A stretch of DNA of 63,499 bases, counting the filler, from Bigelowiella natans CCMP2755 (taxonomy: Eukaryota > Protista > Cercozoa), in assembly GCA_000320545.1 (NCBI GenBank). It is 4 parts of 4 records of this genome, joined end to end, with 100 filler letters (N's around TTAATTAATTAA, not from the genome) between each part and the next. Parts side by side here need not be neighbours in the genome. Positions count along the whole stretch, not along the records: positions 1 to 28,477 come from ADNK01001119.1; 3 more parts are not named here. One strand, given 5' to 3'. The notes under the pieces are model-generated. The model ran no database searches. It worked only from the letters and a program-made list of their open reading frames with translations, and had not been told where the DNA came from. Positions 12,896 to 25,941 of this stretch are shown one piece after another (positions within the stretch are counted from its first letter, which is position 1; each line of letters starts with the position of its first letter). The translations under genes were made by a program, and so were the position numbers.

Positions 12896-13751
12896 CTGCT
12901 CACCCTCCCACAGTTATTACCATGCTCACCCTCATCATCAGTAGATAAAGGGAAGGACCAGCACGTTTCATTTTTCTACCAATGCATAATCATCACTGCT
13001 GCTATTGCTCTAATGCCAATCGGATTTGTTATTATCACCGTCTAGTGCCGATGTAAGAACATAGGGACACTAACATATCACCTGCCATCCTCGCTCCTCC
13101 CCATCCTCACAAGAGTAATATTTCTCACCTAGTTTCACGCTTATCGACGGAAACTATAAGCTCAATAAAATTCACTACACGGAAACATGGTATATCCTGT
13201 AGTTTCTGGAAGGCAGGCGGGGGGGGGGGGGGTGATATTGCAAGCTGGAAGCTGCATCTCGGACATAACTCTACCTCTCTTTCACACAGGGCAGCAATGG
13301 AGGAACTTGTTAAAAGCGGCCTGGTGAGATCCATTGGAATCTCCAACTTCAACATAGAACAGGTTGTCAAATGATAATACATACACGGCGAGAACAGGGG
13401 AGGGGGAGGGGCGGCGAGGAAATCACAATGTGGATTGAATGTTTATGTCCGGTTCAGTACTGCTATCACCATTATCATCGTTATCTTCGTCATCATCATC
13501 ATTGCCATCATCTACATTAGGTTGATGACATTATGAAGATGGCCAAGATCGCTCCTTCTATCAACCAGATTGAGGTTTTTCCCTAATCATTCACTCGCTG
13601 CCGATAGGGCTGCCTCATTTTCTTTGCACGAGTTTAGGTCTCCACAATTCATGTGATGTGGTCCATTGCGGCAATCTCGTTTTCATATTCCTCGTTATCT
13701 TTCTCTTTCTACGTCACATGTGTAAATTCACAGCTGTCAGTATTACACACA

Positions 13752-13788
<37 letters not shown>

Positions 13789-16077
13789 ATGCACGCATCA
13801 GTCCAACCCTTATATCGCTCAAACGGAACTCATTTCCCACTGCGAGAAGCATGGGATTAAGGTCTCCCCCTCCTCTTCCCCCCCCCTCCAGTCTCACCTC
13901 CTTGCTTTCTACCCCAAAGACACAGTTTTTACACGTATAATCATGTCTGCTTGGAAATTTTTTTTTATGATATTTCGCCGTTTACTTACTGCTGGCGCAT
14001 ACGAGTTGTCTTTCCAAACACCAGATGTATTGCGACGACGATGCATCATCATCATCATCATTATCATGAATCTTGATCACGATCTTTCAGATCACCGCCT
14101 ACAGCCCCCTCGGGTCGCAGGACAACCCAGCACGGCAAGAACGCTGGCCTGTACTGCTCAAGGATAAGGTGCTGCTTAAGATACGCGCTGCTGATGTATA
14201 AAGATCTGAATTGTGATGTATGCAATCCAACAATTCACGGTGGTACTGTTTAAATAAACTCTGCTCTTTTGTTTCGACTCCACAACCCGCTCTTTCTTTT
14301 CTTTCTTCACCGACGCTGCCAACGATCGCTCACTGCGCACTGCGTGCGTTGTTAATGTTCGGACTTTCTAGGCCGTCGTGGCGCTCGCGAAAAAGTAAGT
14401 TCTCTGTATGCCTCTCCTCCCGTCTACCATTGGGGGGGGAGAAACCTTCAATGAAGAGCACATAGATAGTTCTTCGTTTTTCCTTCTTGTTGCAATTCCG
14501 CTTTCATATTCGTCCATAGCTGTTGTTATGGATCATGATGGCCTCGGCGATGGGGATTCTGCTTGTGCTTCTACTTCCACTACTGCCTCCTCTTCTGCTC
14601 GTGACATATTGTGATAATTCATTATTAAAGATACGGGAAAACACCGGCACATATTTGCCTACGCTACCACATCGAACGGAAAGTCTCTGTCATTCCCAAA
14701 TCAGTGACTCCATCACGAATTGTACTACGCAGAAACACACATATACCAATGAGAGGAGGAGGGGAAAGGGAGGGGAGGGGGGAGAGGTACAACAGCAGCT
14801 TACTTGGAGGGATTGTGGAAACTAGTGTGTTTTTGTCATCATACCCATTCCATATGAACTCTTCGCAGAATGAATGTCCTCATCACCCTTCTCCCCCCTC
14901 TTTCTCTCTCGCCCATTCTCTCTCTCGCTCTGTCTCTTCTTTTCTCTTTCTTTCTGCCGTATTAAGCTTCTTGCCCACCATGTTCTCGTACACCCATCTC
15001 GTGGGAATATTACTCAAAATTGATACTTCCGATAGAATTTTTGGGTAGTTCCGGCGATATTTTTTCCCGTGAAAAGGCTCGGAGTGCCTCGCAGCTCTTT
15101 GCTTTCATAACAGCCACCATTCTTCCTTGTAGTCTTCCTCAGTCATTCGGTGGTGTGTATTGTTGTTGTTTTTGTTGTTGTTGTTGTTGTTGTTGTGACA
15201 CAGGCCGCGAATATCGATGTATTCAATTTCAAATTGACGGCTGAGGATATGAAGGTGATGATGACTTGGGAACAACAACACGCCATTACGAAAACACAGG
15301 CAGCACACTCCCAGCAGCTGGGTTGCATCTGATCACGTGACCACGGGATCGCTTGCCTATTTGTTGAAATGTTGTCCTTCGTTTGCACACATCCATTGAT
15401 CGATCAGGACTTGGAGAAAACGGAGTTCTTCAGATCGTGCTGCCCTCCCAAGGAGATCGAATGGAAAGGTTGTGAATATCGCTAGATTTAGATAGGGAGG
15501 GGTAGCAGCGAGTAAATGTATTATGCGAAAATATCACGTGCATATATTCTGTATCTTGTCTCGCCAGCATGCAGCGGCGTAGCGAAATGATTGAGTATTT
15601 TTGCCTCCCCGTTACCTATCCGTGTATCAAATACGTTCATGACAGGGGAAAAGATTTTTATTCCACGAGATCTATGCCATCCCTACTTCCCCTTCGAGGT
15701 CGGTTTTTTCGTTTTTTATCTCACCAGAACATGAAACCGGGTACCCGATTGTATTCTTTAATTCGGATCCGAAATTTGTGTGAAAACAACGGTGATTTTT
15801 GACCTGTAACGTGGCTGCATGTGACGAGGGGCAGAGATCACGGAGATTCCGATTTCCCCAGAATTTCTCCGAATATTTCAATTTAGTTTATGTGATATTG
15901 CGTTCTTGCAGAAACCAGTTGAGAAGAAAGGTAGGGGGGGGGGGGGGGAAGGAGCATCTCAGCCTGCCCTCATCAAATAATTCAAATCGGTGGTAATCGT
16001 CGCAGGAGTGTCTGGAGAAGTTCAAAGACATTCGGGCGGAGTATCAAGATGAAAGGGGCTGGGCTCCTGAAAAATAA
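11930..16077 (+). CDS. Aldo-keto reductase (AKR1-like), 16 exons
   Basis: MPILGLGTWKS, GYRHIDCAAIYGNE, REELFITSKVW, LDLYLIHWP, MEELVKSGLVRSIGISNF, ITAYSPLGS, VIPKSVTPSRI, HPYFPFE and ERGWAPEK-stop. All 15 introns are GT-AG and keep frame. Confidence 0.95.
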
Positions 16078-16689
16078 GAATCGTTTGCACGCGGCGTTTG
16101 GATGTGTATGGGGAATGTGAGGTCACTGTGCAGAGACACAACAGCAGCTTTCTATTTCGGTATTATGTCGCAGTATGCGACCAACATATGGTGCCTCAGG
16201 AATTTTAAGTTATAACTTGCTGTGGCTATGCTGTCTCGCACGTGTAGAAGCTGCGTGTACTGTACAAAGACTTTCATCAACATTGCCACCAGTCGGTGCT
16301 GGCCTTGGCAGCACACAAATGGCATAGACTGATAAATGCACCATGTCCTACCTGGATTACATGGGAATGAGCTGAACCAAAATGACGATGCAGCGCAAAT
16401 ATTGGGTGAGCACATTTCATTTACACACAACAGTGTAAATGATATTCGTATCCTAGAGTAGACATCGCTCGGCTGAATTGCGTAGGGTAATACATTTAGA
16501 GGACAGGCACGACCATTATTGCAGGTCGAGAATATAAGTCAAAACTATATCACAATGATACTGAATAACTAGCTAACGATGCACCCCAGCTAGCCAGGCA
16601 CATGCGCAGGCCATACTAGCATATACTAGCATAGCTAGTATGGCCTAGTACATTAGAACCGATTAAATGCGCGCATCAATTTTCGACGG

Positions 16690-16930
16690 TTGTGCAATGC
16701 TAGAATGGCCAAGAGCTAGCTATATTGTCTTGTCCTACAACTGGTATGATGGCAGCGCGTCGTTACATATGAGATGGATGTAATGAATTGATACATATAT
16801 GGCTGGATTTTATAATTTTAATTCACTGTAGCCGCTACATTCTAGCATTGCACAGCTACATCAAGGTGGCCATTGAAAAGATGTAATTAATCCATTATAT
16901 CCGTCTCATATGTATATAGATGTCGCTGCA
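16690..16930. repeat. Cluster of the same repeat family in both orientations (inverted arrangement)
   Basis: TGTGCAATGCTAGAATG (16691-16707) is the exact reverse complement of 16837-16853. ACATATGAGATGGATGTAATG (about 16765-16785) pairs with CATTATATCCGTCTCATATGT (about 16893-16913). Confidence 0.75.
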
Positions 16931-17251
16931 TGCGCTTGTGTTGAAAAAATACTACAGCTAGAGGGCGCTAACTACGATATACATACGCCCGCCTTACATC
17001 TAGAAATGCGCATTTTAAGCGAGGTCAATAAAGGATAGAGGATAATAAGTAATAACGATAACCAACAACAGTAATAAATAACAAGCCGCCAAGTTGAGAA
17101 GATATAACTAGATAACGCAGCATCTATGCCACTAGCCGAAACGCGCGGCTTTTTGATATGGTCTATGCGAGGCAATAAGTAGAAAATGCGAACACATGTA
17201 TATCATTATCGCACTGTTAATGTGTTAGTTTCCCCCCTTGCAGGCTCTGCT

Positions 17252-17846
17252 CTAATTGCCTGCCTTTAAGGAGCGCAGCTTAGTTGCGAGCTGCTTGTTC
17301 TCGACTTTGATCTGCTTCAAATCGCCCTCCACGCGCTTCATGTTCAACCCGGTATTCTGCGCCTCGAGCGCCTCAATCTGCGTTTCGTAGGCGCGGATCT
17401 CGTTCTTGGTGCGGCCGGTGTCCTCCACCGTCTTGACGAGGCTATCGAAGCCCTCGCGTAGAGTCGCTAGGTTCTCATACGCCTTCAGCCCGGCGGAGGC
17501 GGAGCCTCGATCGGACGACTTTGCGGCATCGAAGACCACTTTCTCGCAGATGTCAAAGCTGCGGCCTGAGGTGTCGGAGACGCTGTTGATGTCGCGCTGC
17601 ACCCCACGGACGTCGTTGAGGATGTTCTTGATCTGCAGCTTCTGCTTGTCGAGGTTCTTCATGATGTCCATTATCCTCCGGATGTAGACCTGCCTATTGA
17701 TGCTCTTGGGCATCTTGTTCAGCTCTGCGACGAGCTGCTTGTACCTGTTGTTCGTCGTAGTCGTTTTGTTGTCCAAGGTAGAAGGTTCGCAGTCAGTTGC
17801 GCGTGCATACATGTATTGTGTGTGTGTGTGTGAGAGAGGGAGAGAA

Positions 17847-17896
<50 letters not shown>

Positions 17897-18027
17897 ACGT
17901 GCATGACAGAGCTCCTCATCCTTCCTCCATCTCACATGAAAATTCTGCTTTCCCCCTTTGTTTTTCGTTCTTCTTCTTCTTCTTCTCATTCTTCTTCTTC
18001 TTTCTCAAGTAGGATGTATATATATAC

Positions 18028-18066
<39 letters not shown>

Positions 18067-18309
18067 CAATTAGCCATAATGTTTGTGATCTCATTACTGT
18101 TCATCCTTCTTCCTAATGTCCTGGACCATCTGCTTCATTTCTGAACGCATGCGACGAATAGCATCGACCTTCTTCCTCACCTACTCAATAATAATAATTT
18201 TAAAAAAAGGGGGGGGGGGGGGGGGGGGGGGGATTGTGAGCAGTTGGCACACGGCAAATAGAAAACCACAATGCAAACAAGGAAAACAGTGACAAGTAAC
18301 AGATCACAA

Positions 18310-18355
<46 letters not shown>

Positions 18356-19392
18356 TCTCTGTAAAATATAAAAACATCGATGATGAACCTCATTCTTCCT
18401 ATCGTTCAGCAGCTGCTTTTCCCTTCGGAACTTCTCGATCTGCGGAGCACGCCACTTCTCCCATTGGTCGCCCATCTTGAGGATACGCGCCTCGGTGTCA
18501 TCGCAAATCTGCTGCAGCTTCTTCAGGTTCTCCTCGGCGTCGGGGAGCAGCTTGAGCGTTCTTTTTTTGAGGGTGTACTTCTCCAACAAGTCCTTGACCT
18601 CCTTCTCGTTAGAGTTGACGTCGGACGAAATCTGCCGCGCTGTCGAAGTGAATTCCTCCATTTTCTTGTTAATTGTTTGGATCTTATCCTCAATACCTGT
18701 TGAAGGAGGGAGGGAGGGAGAGAGGGAGAGAGGGGGGGAAGGGAGGGGGCATATGGGCAGTCATGCTAAAGCATATATATCTTTCTCTCTCTGTGTATGC
18801 AATATGTTTGGAGTGAAAAGTCAATACTCATCGTTTTCCGTAACTATTGTTTGTACGAGGGAGACCGAGCACCGGTGCAGCAATAGTAAGCATCTGCACG
18901 TCAACTAACCGAACGATAACTATGGTAGTAGTAGTAGTAGTAGTAGTAGTAACGCTAATAATACTAACAATCATGCTACCCTTTATCTCATCCTGGAGCT
19001 CAGCGAGTCTTTTCTCTTGTTTCTCTTTAATAGCGTCCTCGTCCTCCTCCTTGACCTCCTCCCCTTCTTCTGTCACTTGTTTCACCGTTCCATCCTGCAC
19101 TACCTGTGCAGAATCACTTGATTCCTGCTCAAAGGCCGTTTTACGTGAAAATTGGCTTTCAGCTCCTTTCCCCCCAGCTCCCTGAGTACCATCGGCGTCA
19201 CTGCCCCCCCCCCCTCCGCTATTGCCATACGCTTTTGCAATGTCCTCCATCACATCTTGGAGCTTCTTTCCTCGCTGTGAAACAAAATGATGACGGGCAA
19301 GATCACGCATCGACCGATCATTTGATGATTTGATTATTTCTTTTCCTTTGGATGGATGCTAGGGTGGCGATGATTGTCAAGGTGGGGAGGAA

Positions 19393-19428
<36 letters not shown>

Positions 19429-20313
19429 AGACATAAAATATATAGCATTTGATTACCTGCTCCGCCATTCTCCTTTCCGTACTAAAGGCTTGGCTCATCA
19501 TCGCATTAATGAATTCCAACTTTTCAGCTGAAGATCTCTCCCCTTGGTCGAAAGCTGCCTGACGCTCTTGCGCAAGACAGATTTCTGTGGTGTTGAGCTC
19601 CATCACCGAGGGCGCGAGCGTTGGATGCTGAAGAGGCTGGAAGCAGGCAAGCATGCGATGTCAGCGAGAAATGCAAGAGAAATCACACAGCAAGCATGAG
19701 AAAATGTAGGTTATAAGAAGCAGATAGCTCGCTCATGGTAGCCATCCTTATATTTGTCTTCGTGTTTACTTCCTTCTTTCTCTACCCTGCCCACCTGAGT
19801 GCTTGCGGGGAGTTGATATTTGCGAATGTACGTCTTCTCGTATTTACTGCAATCTGCCTCCGAGGCCCTCTCAGGCGTCATCATCGTGATGGTGCTCAGT
19901 GAGCGCGCTTTCGAGGCGGGGTGTGGTGATTCGTAGGGATTGTACTTCTTTTGGTACCTACAGGAGAAAAGAAGAAGAAGAAGAAGAAGAAAAAGGCGGA
20001 GGAGTCACATGACTCGATGTGAGGAGTAGGCTTCTTAGCGAAATATCTCTTACCAAGACTTCAGAGCCGCTAGGATCGAGACCGAACTGTCGTTAGCGGC
20101 GTCGGTCTCCGCAGCTTCCTCGTCCGCCTTGGGAAGCTTGTTCATAAGCCAGATGAGTACTTTGCGCGTATCAGCGTCTGTTGGGTATAGGAACTTCTCG
20201 TATCCAAGGTCACCTTGGTATCCGAGTTCCTAATATGATGTGGTATGTAGTGTCAAAGCATGTGAGACAGCAATGACACATTCTTGAATGCCTGTGTGAT
20301 AGAGAGGGGGAGT

Positions 20314-20369
<56 letters not shown>

Positions 20370-20987
20370 TGTGAGCGCGTAAGGGACTGACTTGGATAGC
20401 GTTCGAAACTGTCGTACAGATGCGAAAACGGGCTGCTTTCGACTTGGGAAGTCTGTGGGGAACCGGCTGCTCGGGTTTTATTTTCATCACCATTAGAGCC
20501 GCGGCTTGTACAAGCTCCTCGCTCTTGAAGCCGGCTAAAGTCTTTGTTTCTCCAGCGAATGAACTGCAGTAATACGATTAGTTAGCGATACAAGGAATAA
20601 GGTGGTAAAATCTCTCGCTTTGCTTGAGTGCCCTATTAAACTTAAATTAATGAGTTCAAGAAGGGCTGAAAAAACAACACGAATTTGCCGCATGATGATG
20701 ACTAGTTCGATAGCATTCTCGGCGTGCTTCAATCTCGCACAATAAGCTCCCAAAAAGTAAAATTGAATATTGTCAATATGAGGGTCGTGGGGAGTGGAAC
20801 TGACCATCCTATCTCCCGTAGGATTGGAATGACGATATCGTCAACCTGTTGCTCCTGATGAATCAATAATTGCGAAAAGTGCATTTTTAGTGTGGAATGA
20901 ACACTCGCCTTATTGTGCTATAAATTATCATATTCTACAGAAAGAACATGCAATGGAAGGTGAGAGTCGGGCATGCCATACCGCCAT
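17252..20987 (-). CDS. CCDC22: CCDC22 (Commander/CCC complex coiled-coil subunit)
   Basis: MA|EQQVDDIVIPILREIGC|SFAGETKTLAGFKSEELVQAA, ARFRICTTVSNAIQ|ELGYQGDLGYEKFLYP, then C-terminal QWEKWRAP, RQVYIRRIMDIMKNLDKQK and RSFDICEKVVFDAAK. Confidence 0.9.
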
Positions 20988-21608
20988 GATACGAGAAGGT
21001 GAGCACAGATCTAGGCAGGAGGGTCGGAGATTCAGCCTTAAATCTCAACATTCCATGAATCATTCAAATACTTTATCCTATATTCATCAATTACGACATG
21101 CAGTGATTCGTAAATTTCTCATCAAACTGGGATTCGCAAGGGCCAAAATTATCTCTCGTTGGCCTTTCCGTCTTGGAACGCCAAAGGAGGCTCCTGCGTT
21201 TTTAAGGAAAATAGCCTGCTATCTCGATGTTTGAATTGAGAGACTGAACATGGAAAGGTAGCTATTACTGTATGTCTTATATAAAAATTCGAGTATAATT
21301 CTTTGAATAAATGTTACTTACAGATATCCCCGGGCATTTACAGTCCAAATTTATGGCGGACCGCCTGTCAGACACCGTAATACAACAGAAAGCCTAGTCG
21401 TAGGCCTCCTCTCTATCATTGAGCACACGTCACGGGTCAGGGGAAGGCGTTGAGGGAAAACTTTGAGATCTTGATATTGCGGGAATACTCGGGGAAAAAG
21501 AGAGGGGAGCCGGAAAAAGGCACGGGCCTCTTCTCTCCTCGCCCACCTGCGCATTCTCGTCAGCAAAGAGTTCACAAATCCTGAAAGCACGAGAGAGATT
21601 TATTTAAT

Positions 21609-22634
21609 ATGAAACCCGAAACTTCATCTTCATCTAAAATTGTGATTCAACGCAATGAGGGAAAAGAAATTACAGGATCCAACAAACGCAAGCACGGAGA
21701 AAGTGCTGAGGAGGGGCGCGCACGCAAAAAAGCAGCAAAAGCAGCTGCAAGTGGGACAGCTGCTCTATCAGCCCTTGGTCTTGGAACATATGGAGGATCA
21801 GACGATGACGAGGCATCAGAGGATGAGAATAATGGGGTGGCAGGTCTAGGTCTGCTCAGTTACGACTTCGAAAAGGAAGATGAAAAGGATGAGGAAGAGG
21901 AGGAGGACGATCCGGATGTGTTCGACATAACGAAGTCGAAATTCCGCCATCTGTTAGAATTGAACCTTTTGCCTCCTGAACCAACCGGTCGTGTCGAGCC
22001 AGGGATTCAACAAATTGTGGAAAAGCATGTAAACACAGTAAGCAACAAGAAAGACAAAAAGAACAAAAATAGTGCAGAGAATAAGAGACCGAGCGTGAAC
22101 GAGTCCCTGCGCTCGTTGAAGGGTTTCCACAATCCGTACATCCTACAGAAGGTGGCGGAAGAGTTCAAGATCTATCCAACAGGTTCTAACTACCCGCGCC
22201 ATCTATTCGATCCTCGCAGCATACCACTTAGAGACTTCTACGAGGAGGTAAGCAAGGCGCAGAAGGCCTACGAAGGGCAAAAGGCGTCATCGTCGCACGC
22301 ACAGCAGCAGCAGCAGCAAAAACAGCAGAAACAGGGATCACAAATAAAACCGATTGGAATCGGTGGCGGGCTCGTCCGAAACCACTCGGACTCCAGTGTG
22401 GCCCTGTTGTCGGCTCAAGCTCGCGTCGCTGCGGCGCGGAACTCTGCCGCTGCTGCTGCCGGCCTCGCCTTCCAGCGCGCCCGAAGCGTTGCTCAAGCTG
22501 TTGCACAGAAGGTTGGATCCGTGGGTGGCGTGCCCATCATCGCTCAGAACCCTGTGATCACGAACCCGAAGCTGCAGAGCATGATCGCGCAAATCCAGCT
22601 GCAAGTGAATAGGAAGAATAAGGGCGGTATCTAA
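21609..22634 (+). CDS. SAP30BP: SAP30-binding protein / HCNGP-family protein, intronless
   Basis: Acidic N-terminus; LLPPEPTGRVEPGIQQ...SVNESLRSLKGFHNPYILQKVAEEFKIYPTGSNYPRHLFDP...FYEEV matches the remembered HCNGP core. Confidence 0.85.
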   Translation: MKPETSSSSKIVIQRNEGKEITGSNKRKHGESAEEGRARKKAAKAAASGTAALSALGLGTYGGSDDDEASEDENNGVAGLGLLSYDFEKEDEKDEEEEEDDPDVFDITKSKFRHLLELNLLPPEPTGRVEPGIQQIVEKHVNTVSNKKDKKNKNSAENKRPSVNESLRSLKGFHNPYILQKVAEEFKIYPTGSNYPRHLFDPRSIPLRDFYEEVSKAQKAYEGQKASSSHAQQQQQQKQQKQGSQIKPIGIGGGLVRNHSDSSVALLSAQARVAAARNSAAAAAGLAFQRARSVAQAVAQKVGSVGGVPIIAQNPVITNPKLQSMIAQIQLQVNRKNKGGI

Positions 22635-23754
22635 AGGTCATCGTCTAATTCGACAATCACCACCGACGATAGTTGGTGGGGGCATGCGCGTAATGAATGA
22701 GCAGTAGTGTAGTCATTGTAAGGCGAACCTCCTGTACAGTAGTACGCCCTTTTCAGCTTTGGAAATATTAGCTCATATTTATGCAAGACGTGACCCCGCA
22801 TGTTTCTGTCAGCTTTCGTCATATGCCTATCCTTTGAACGTTCTTCGATTTTCCCCTACGACTCACTCATTTCCAACCATCGAACATCTTTCCCCCACCA
22901 TATCCCAAACTATCATTCCTGGCAAGCAAGATTATGAAATATAAATGAGCTTCATTTGACAAGGTATTTACATGAGTAGTCCAACACGATGAGATTGCGG
23001 AATCTGTTATATATTCGTAACAGCCAGTAAATACATGGATATGTACATGTATACTAGCGTATATATATCGTGGAGACTGCTATTTATATCTAGATCGACG
23101 GTTCATGTTTTGTGACACACAGCTTGTGTAAGCTAGCTAGCTAGTAAGCCTGAGTATTTAGTATATTAGTCTGCAAGCACGCTGCCCTTGATCTAGCACA
23201 ACCTCTCTAGCGAGATCTAGGAGATGGGAACATGCTAATTTGTGTTGCAAATGTGATGCGATGCTGTGTGAATTCTGCAGTCTATGGCGGCAGTACTAGC
23301 TAGCTAGCAGAGTACGTGGCGTGCCGCTGCGACATAGCAAATTTGTTTAGTGCATCGTGAATGTGCAACCTACGCAGCCATCCGTGGCTATCTCGGCTAC
23401 ATCGCGCTAGCTAGCTTGTGGCGCCTGCACACTGCTATCTTGACGAGGATTCGTCATGACATAATGTCTAGAATTCAGTGTGAGATGGATGTAATGAAGA
23501 TGTTAATAATTCAGTGTACACCACGTACACAATCTAGCAATGCCTACACAATGCGTTCCTGTTCCATGCAGCCCTAGAACTTGCGCCAATGTAACGCATC
23601 ATACACACGCTAGACACGGCTCACGAGCTCGATATGTTCAAGCTAAGCGCTGCTTAGCATCTAGCACCATAGCATGGCTGTTGAGTGCGGGCGTACACCA
23701 TCCTCTATCTAGTCGCAGATGATTCTATCGGCATGATCTCGCGTTGTCCACACA

Positions 23755-24523
23755 TTAGTTTCCCTTACTATTCCTCTTCTTCTTTTTCTTCTTGCCGCTG
23801 CCACCGGCGGTGGCAGCCCCTCCCTTCCGCTTATTGGCCTTCTTCTTCTTCCTCCGATCAGGGTCAGTAGCTTGAATAGAAACGCTAGATACCGCAGCAC
23901 CATTCTTCGTGGCCTTCGCCCAGTCCTTATAAGTTCCTTGTACAGCGTATTGCTTCAAGTCTATGCTCTCCAGCATCGTCCGCTGCTTGTCACTGAGTTG
24001 TGAAGGGGGAGGAATAAGAAGTTCGCAGCTCACAGAGTCGGATCCATGGCGGATGTACGTATATCAACGGATGTGTTTGTGTGTTTAAGTCGCAGACAAC
24101 AAGATAGTGTGACTTTTTAATTAACAAGGCTGTGGAACACAATTGGCATGTGCTTTCGCTGGGACCCCTCCGAGCCTTCCTTCAAACATATCTATCATCC
24201 GCCGCTTACCGAATATCATCGAGAGCTTTGCCTCCACTCTGCTTGAGATCTGTGTCCAGCTTCGTCCGCACTGCCTTCATCGTCTTCTTCGCCTTTTCGG
24301 ATTCCTTAATGCCGCTCGCAACAGTGCTCTCCATGTCCTTTGCAGCGACTTTCTCCTCGAGAGACCGCAAAAACTTGGATATCTTCCGCATGCCTTCGTT
24401 TGGAAAGTTGGTGTAGCAGGAGCAAGTGAGGGGTAGGAGAAGGAAGGGGGGAACAAGACGAGACGAGAGAGGACGCAAGAACGAGACAATTGTTTTTAGT
24501 TTTTAGTGCTTTTCTTAACTTCT

Positions 24524-24562
<39 letters not shown>

Positions 24563-24778
24563 GAATTTCCTCTTTCTCTCTTGTCTCTTATCCTCCCACT
24601 CTAATGTGCAAACTCACTTTTGTTGAATAGGGCTAAAATCTGCATGTTTTCCAGCCGCAACAGCGCCTCGAGATCTTGCACACTCTATTGATATTATTGT
24701 GATCAGTCTTTTTTTTTTCCCAAACATACCGCACATATATAAACATAAACATGCATTTGGAAAACATACATTTACACA

Positions 24779-24818
<40 letters not shown>

Positions 24819-25258
24819 AACACACGCGCGCGCACATATATACTCCATATATTGTTTGATGCTAGTCGTGGTTACTCTGTGAAGGAAACATGATTGGGCC
24901 ACCCACCTTACACTGCAAGCCTATCCCCATGAGGATTGCACTCTGCGCCGCTGATAACGCCACGCCGGGAAGGCGTCGCTCGAAGAACAAGCGTGCACAG
25001 ATCGGAACAAGGTCCAAGACGAGGTGATAGTCCACCTGCCAGTGGAAGGATTTCGAGGATAATCAGAGATGCAGCAGCAAACATCTAATGAAAAGGACTA
25101 TATTTTTCTTAATTGATGGCCTGCGTTAACGCGGAGGCGGTGGTGGCGAGGGGGGGAGGGGGCATAGTGAAGAATGACCAGATTGCGCGAGTAGGACTCC
25201 AGCCGTTTCAAGTCGTATTTCGAGAAGTACCTGCAGAGAGAAGAAGTGGCAACGATCA

Positions 25259-25304
<46 letters not shown>

Positions 25305-25869
25305 TACACATACACATACACGCGCAAAATATTAAGAAAATATTATCTTTACAAAGCATTTAGAAACGAAACCATCGCTGCAGTCGCAAGAAGAATGGAT
25401 GGCAGTAATCACGAGAAGATCTCCGTGGTGTGATGATGATGATGATGATGATGATGATGTCGGGAAGAGAACAATCGGGAAGGAAGCATATACGATTGCG
25501 GCGCGGCCGTCATTTCACGGGAGAGGACCAAAAAGTGCATGCGCCGGTGTGTTTCGCGGAATAATCGTTGATTTGATTTATGAGCTCTATATCTACAGAT
25601 TACATATCAAGCGTTTCTCCTTGAATAGGCTGGCCGTATCCAGCCATGTCGTTAGTGCCGGCCCCGTAGTGCGCATTCTTCCCGTGAGAATGGTAGATCG
25701 TCAACGCCGTCTTCGAGTCGATGTTCTTGAACCCCCCGGCGAGGAGTGAAAGAAACCTACCGTCAATGGGGGCGGGGAATTATGATGGAGGAGGCGTGGA
25801 GAGGAGGAGAAGGAGGAGGAGGAGGAGGTTTCGAGGAGTGTTCAATGAGAGGAAGAATGCACAGCGTTG

Positions 25870-25941
<72 letters not shown>

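Noticed and set aside
17815-18350. Strand polarity of intronic (CT)n/(GA)n tracts
   Set aside because: Both orientations occur within the same gene (CCDC22).
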